A stretch of 38,251 bases of DNA from Malacoraja senta (lineage: Eukaryota), in contig JAXLNO010000619.1 in assembly GCA_038087875.1 (NCBI GenBank), positions 1 to 38,251 of the forward strand, given 5' to 3'. The position numbers and the translations under genes were made by a program. Shown here piece by piece: positions 34,613 to 38,251 of this stretch (position 1 is its first letter; each line of letters starts with the position of its first letter). Below the pieces are notes generated by a model. That model did no database searches. It was not told the DNA's origin and saw only the letters and a list, made by a program, of their open reading frames with translations.

Positions 34613-34696
34613 GGTTTCGGCCCGAAACGTCGCCTATTTCCTTCGCTCCATAGATGCTGCTGCACCCGCTGAGTTTCCCCAGCATTTTTGTCTACC
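34613..34696 (+). mobile_element. Penelope-type short insert with 16-bp flanking duplication
   Basis: TATTATTAATTTTGAG at 34597-34612 and 34697-34712. Confidence 0.7.
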
Positions 34697-36625
34697 TATT
34701 ATTAATTTTGAGTCCCGATCCAATTTTGTATTTAACAACTTCAGAAATTATTTCAAAAATATCAAGTCCAGAAGTTTTTAATTTTTATACAATTGGCAAA
34801 ACGTATGTGTTAAATTGGCCTCTAGATGTAAGCATTTATCACAGATAGGAGAAATATGTGGGACGATTCTATTTGGTTTTACTTTGGAATAATGTAATCT
34901 ATGTAGGACTTTAAATTGTATTAAAGAATGTCTGGCATTTAACGAGCATTGATGTATATATTGTCAACTTTCCTCCCAAATGTCTTTCGTTATAGGATGA
35001 CCTAACTCATTTTCCCATGTGTGGCTATATAATAATAATAATAATGAATTTTATTTACGGGCGCCTTATACCGAGGTCTCAAGGACACCTTACAGAGATT
35101 TATAGGAAACATATAATCAGAATTTAAAAAATAAGTTATAAAGACCAATACACAAATCAGGGACAGAATTCCTTCCAAAAAGACAAAAAAAGAAAATCAG
35201 AAGCACAATTTGAGGAGAGTGGGAAAGTGGGTAAGCAAGGGGGGGCATTGGATCTCTACCGAACAGTGAAAGGCCCGGATGGAGTGGATGTGAAGAGGAT
35301 ATTTCCACTAGTGGGAGTGTCCAGGACCAGAGGGCACACAGCTTTAGAATTAAAGGATGTTCCTTTAGGAAGGAGATGAGGATGAATTTCTTTAGCCAGA
35401 GGGTGGTGAATCTGTGGGATTCGTTGCCACAGACGGCGGTGGAGGCCACAAGTCAGTGGAGATTTTTAAGGCAGAGATAGATAGATTGTTGATCAGTGCG
35501 GGTGTCAGGGGTTATGGGGGAGAAAGGCAGGAGAATGGGGAACGAGAATAGGAGGGAGAGATAGATCAGCCGCAAAAAAAAGAAAATCAGAAGCACAATT
35601 TGAGGAGAGAGCAGCGGCAACGAAAACCGCGCCAGCGTCCACTCTCCCCTCCGACCGCCATCTTGAACACAGACTAACAAATACAATTACAAACAATTAC
35701 ATACAAAAATCATCCCCCCACAGTGGGGGAAGGCACAGTGTCCAGTCCCCCCAGCCCCAGTTCACCCCCCCCAAAAAAAAGTCAGGCCAAATGAAGCCCC
35801 CCGCTATTGCCTCTACGGAGGCCCGATGATCCTGGCCGTTCTCGCCAGGTGATGTAGCCCCGGCGTCGGGAGAGTCCTCCAGCAGCAGTTGGGCCACCTG
35901 GAACGGCCGCATCCCTCACCGGAGGCCGCAACATACGGCTGGGGACGGCCGATTTCCCGCAGGCGTCCGCAGCACCTGAAGCCGACATGGCCGCGCCGAT
36001 TTGGATTCGGTGTTGGAGTCGGCGCCGCCGCCCCGCGGATGGTCGCTCCGCAGTCCCGCAGCCCGGAGGTGTTGAGCTCGGTGGTCGCAGCTCACCGGAG
36101 CTCCAGCGCGTCGACCCAGGCAAGGCATCGCCCGCCCCGCTCCGCGATAGCGCTCCAGCGCTGTGCCGCCACCGAAGCTGAGGGTTGCTGTGCGATCCCC
36201 GCCAGGAAACGCCGCTCCACGCCCGCTGGTAGGCCGCGAGGACGGGTCGACTGGGCAGCCGGAGAGATGGCTACCTCACCGGCCAGGTAGGGACTGGGAA
36301 GTGATTTCTCCTTGATCCCCCCCACATCAAAAGGCAAAATAAATAAAAACAAAGACTTATATAGTTCCATCGGTGGTACCTCGTTGTTTAAGAGGGTGTT
36401 ATAAATATAAGCTATTAATTTTTCAGTGTTAGATTGCTTATTCAAACATTCAGCAAGAATTTCTGGTTCCCAAGTCCTTTTTCTTATACACACACACTTC
36501 ACGCTTTTCCATTTTCTACCATCTATTATTCCTCTTTTTCTTCTCTCTATTATTTGGGTTTCTTTAACCTCCTTTTCAAAAACCATAACACTCGAGGGTT
36601 GTACATAGAATGCATTACATTATTT

Positions 36626-37222
36626 GAGTATAGGAGCAGGGAGGTTCTACTGCAGTTGTACAGGGTCTTGGTGAGACCACACCCGGAGTATTGCGTACAG
36701 TTTTGGTCTCCAAATCTGAGGAAGGACATTATAGCCATAGAGGGAGTGCAGAGAAGGTTCACCAGACTGATTCCTGGGATGGCAGGACTTTCATATGAAG
36801 AAAGACTGGATAGACTTGGCTTGTACTCGCTAGAATTTAGGAGATTGAGGGGGGATCTTATAGAAACGTACAAAATTCTTATGGGGTTGGACAGGCTAGA
36901 TGCAGGAAGATTGTTCCCGATGTTGGGGAAGTCCAGAACAAGGGGTCATAGCTTAAAGATAAGGGGGAAATCCTTTAAAACCGAGATGAGAAGAACTTTT
37001 TTTCACACAGAGAGTGGTGAATCTCTGGAACTCTCTGCCACAGAGGGTAGTTGAGGCCAGTTCATTGGCTATATTTAAGAGGGAGTTAGATGTGGCCCTT
37101 GTGGCTAAAGGGATCAGGGGGTATGGAGAGAAGGCAGGGATGGGATACTGAGTTGGATGATCATATTGAATGGCGGTGCAGGCTCGAAGGGCCGAATGGC
37201 CTCTACTCCTGCACCTAATTTC
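36626..37222 (+). mobile_element. CR1 LINE 3' fragment with (CTATGTTT)n tail
   Basis: [19 protein letters not shown]...RRLRGDL. Confidence 0.92.
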
Positions 37223-37719
37223 TATGTTTCTATGTTTCTATGTAAATAGTTCGCTCCTAAAATTAGGTACCACAGTGTTGTTTTTGTATTGTATTAACTT
37301 CTAATAAAATAAACATAATAAGTTATGACGATGGGATGGAAGCCGCGTACCAAACCCAGTTGCACCCTACATGCAATGACAATACAAGATATTATTATTA
37401 ATATTATATTTATTTGGAACGATGCTGCTTGTTGCCTCCGTTGGAATCCGGCAGAGTCTTTATCAATGAGAGGGATTTCTGGTCACAGGCCGACTCGAGA
37501 CATCGCGAATGCAATCTGGAACATCCAGGGAGATTGGACCTGGTGAACGGTGGTAGGGTACTCCAGGCCTTAGGTAAGGGGGGTGGGGGGGGGGGCAGGT
37601 TGCTATCCAAGGAGTATCGAAGTAGGGAGGTTTTCCAACTAGCTTTAACGTCCGACCCCAGCCGGCACGGTGACAGAGTGGCTGCCTCACAGCGAGCAGA
37701 GACCCCGGTTCGATCCCGG

Positions 37720-38251
37720 CCAATAGGTGCAGGAGTAGAGGCCATTCGGCCCTTCGAGCCAGCACCGCCATTCAATGTGATCATGGCCGATCACCCCCAA
37801 TCAGTACCCCGTTCCTGCCTTCTCCCATATCCCCCTGACTCCGCTATCTTTAAGAGCCCTATCTAGCTCTCTCTTGAAAGCATCCAGAGAACCGGCCTCC
37901 ACCACCCTCTGAGGCAGAGAATTCCACAGACTCACCACTCTCTGTGAGGAAAAGTGTTTCCTCGTCTCCGTTCTAAATGGCTTACTCCTTATTCTTAAAC
38001 TGTGTGTGTGTGTGGCCCCTGGTTCTGGATTCTCCCCCAACATCGGGAACATGTTTCCTGCCTCTAACGTGTCCAAGCCCTTAACAATCTTATATGTTTC
38101 AGTGAGATCTTCCTCTAAACTTCCAGAGTGTACAAGCCCAGCCGCTCCATTCTCTCAGCATACGACAGTCCCGCCATCCCGGGAATTAACCTGGTGAACC
38201 TCCCTCAATAGCAAGGATGTCCTTCCTCAAATTAGGGGACCAAAACTGCAC
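37720..38251 (-). mobile_element. CR1 LINE 3' fragment, running off the window
   Basis: CR1 3'UTR and RT C-terminus on the minus strand. Confidence 0.9.

Larger units (their letters stand above)
33461..36625 (-). mobile_element. Fragmented L1-type LINE (poly-A at 33461-33478) carrying nested CR1, Penelope-type and L2-tailed inserts
   Basis: The minus strand gives KFWKGPTTPTIKMWIVEMSETLHLERIRL...IWAPFINYLKG* (about 33800-33960) and a cysteine-containing segment ANCIKIKNFW near 34770-34800; AT-rich. Confidence 0.7.

Noticed and set aside
36434..37054. 206-aa ORF as a host gene
   Set aside because: It is antisense L1 sequence fused by chance to a CR1 RT C-terminal fragment.

Overview
Repeat-dense vertebrate genomic DNA, most likely from a cartilaginous fish (skate/ray-type CR1 LINE and tRNA-derived SINE repertoire; inferred, not searched). 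The only host gene is a minus-strand SCAMP3-like secretory carrier membrane protein. I traced eight coding exons with GT-AG junctions, from the ATG at 30624 down to 1549; the terminal exon appears to lie left of the window. Exon 7 is 2 nt short as assembled, which shifts the frame. The 3' end of exon 8 is duplicated in frame together with its donor site. The promoter is a CpG island largely built from a 41-bp tandem array of GC-box/CRE motifs, with flanking E-boxes and CCAAT boxes. The introns and upstream region hold CR1, L2, Rex1/Babar, RTE, Vingi-like and L1 fragments, SINEs, two MITEs and many mini- and microsatellites. Highlights: (1) a family of 100-270 bp Penelope-type inserts with 11-16 bp target-site duplications and minimal hammerhead-ribozyme motifs; (2) an uninterrupted 857-aa chimeric RT ORF formed by nested insertion; (3) a perfect 47-bp SINE-head palindrome; (4) a tandem PPPY-H-PTAP late-domain motif in SCAMP3. 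Most other ORFs in the track are repeat-derived. Exon coordinates were counted exactly; repeat boundaries are approximate.
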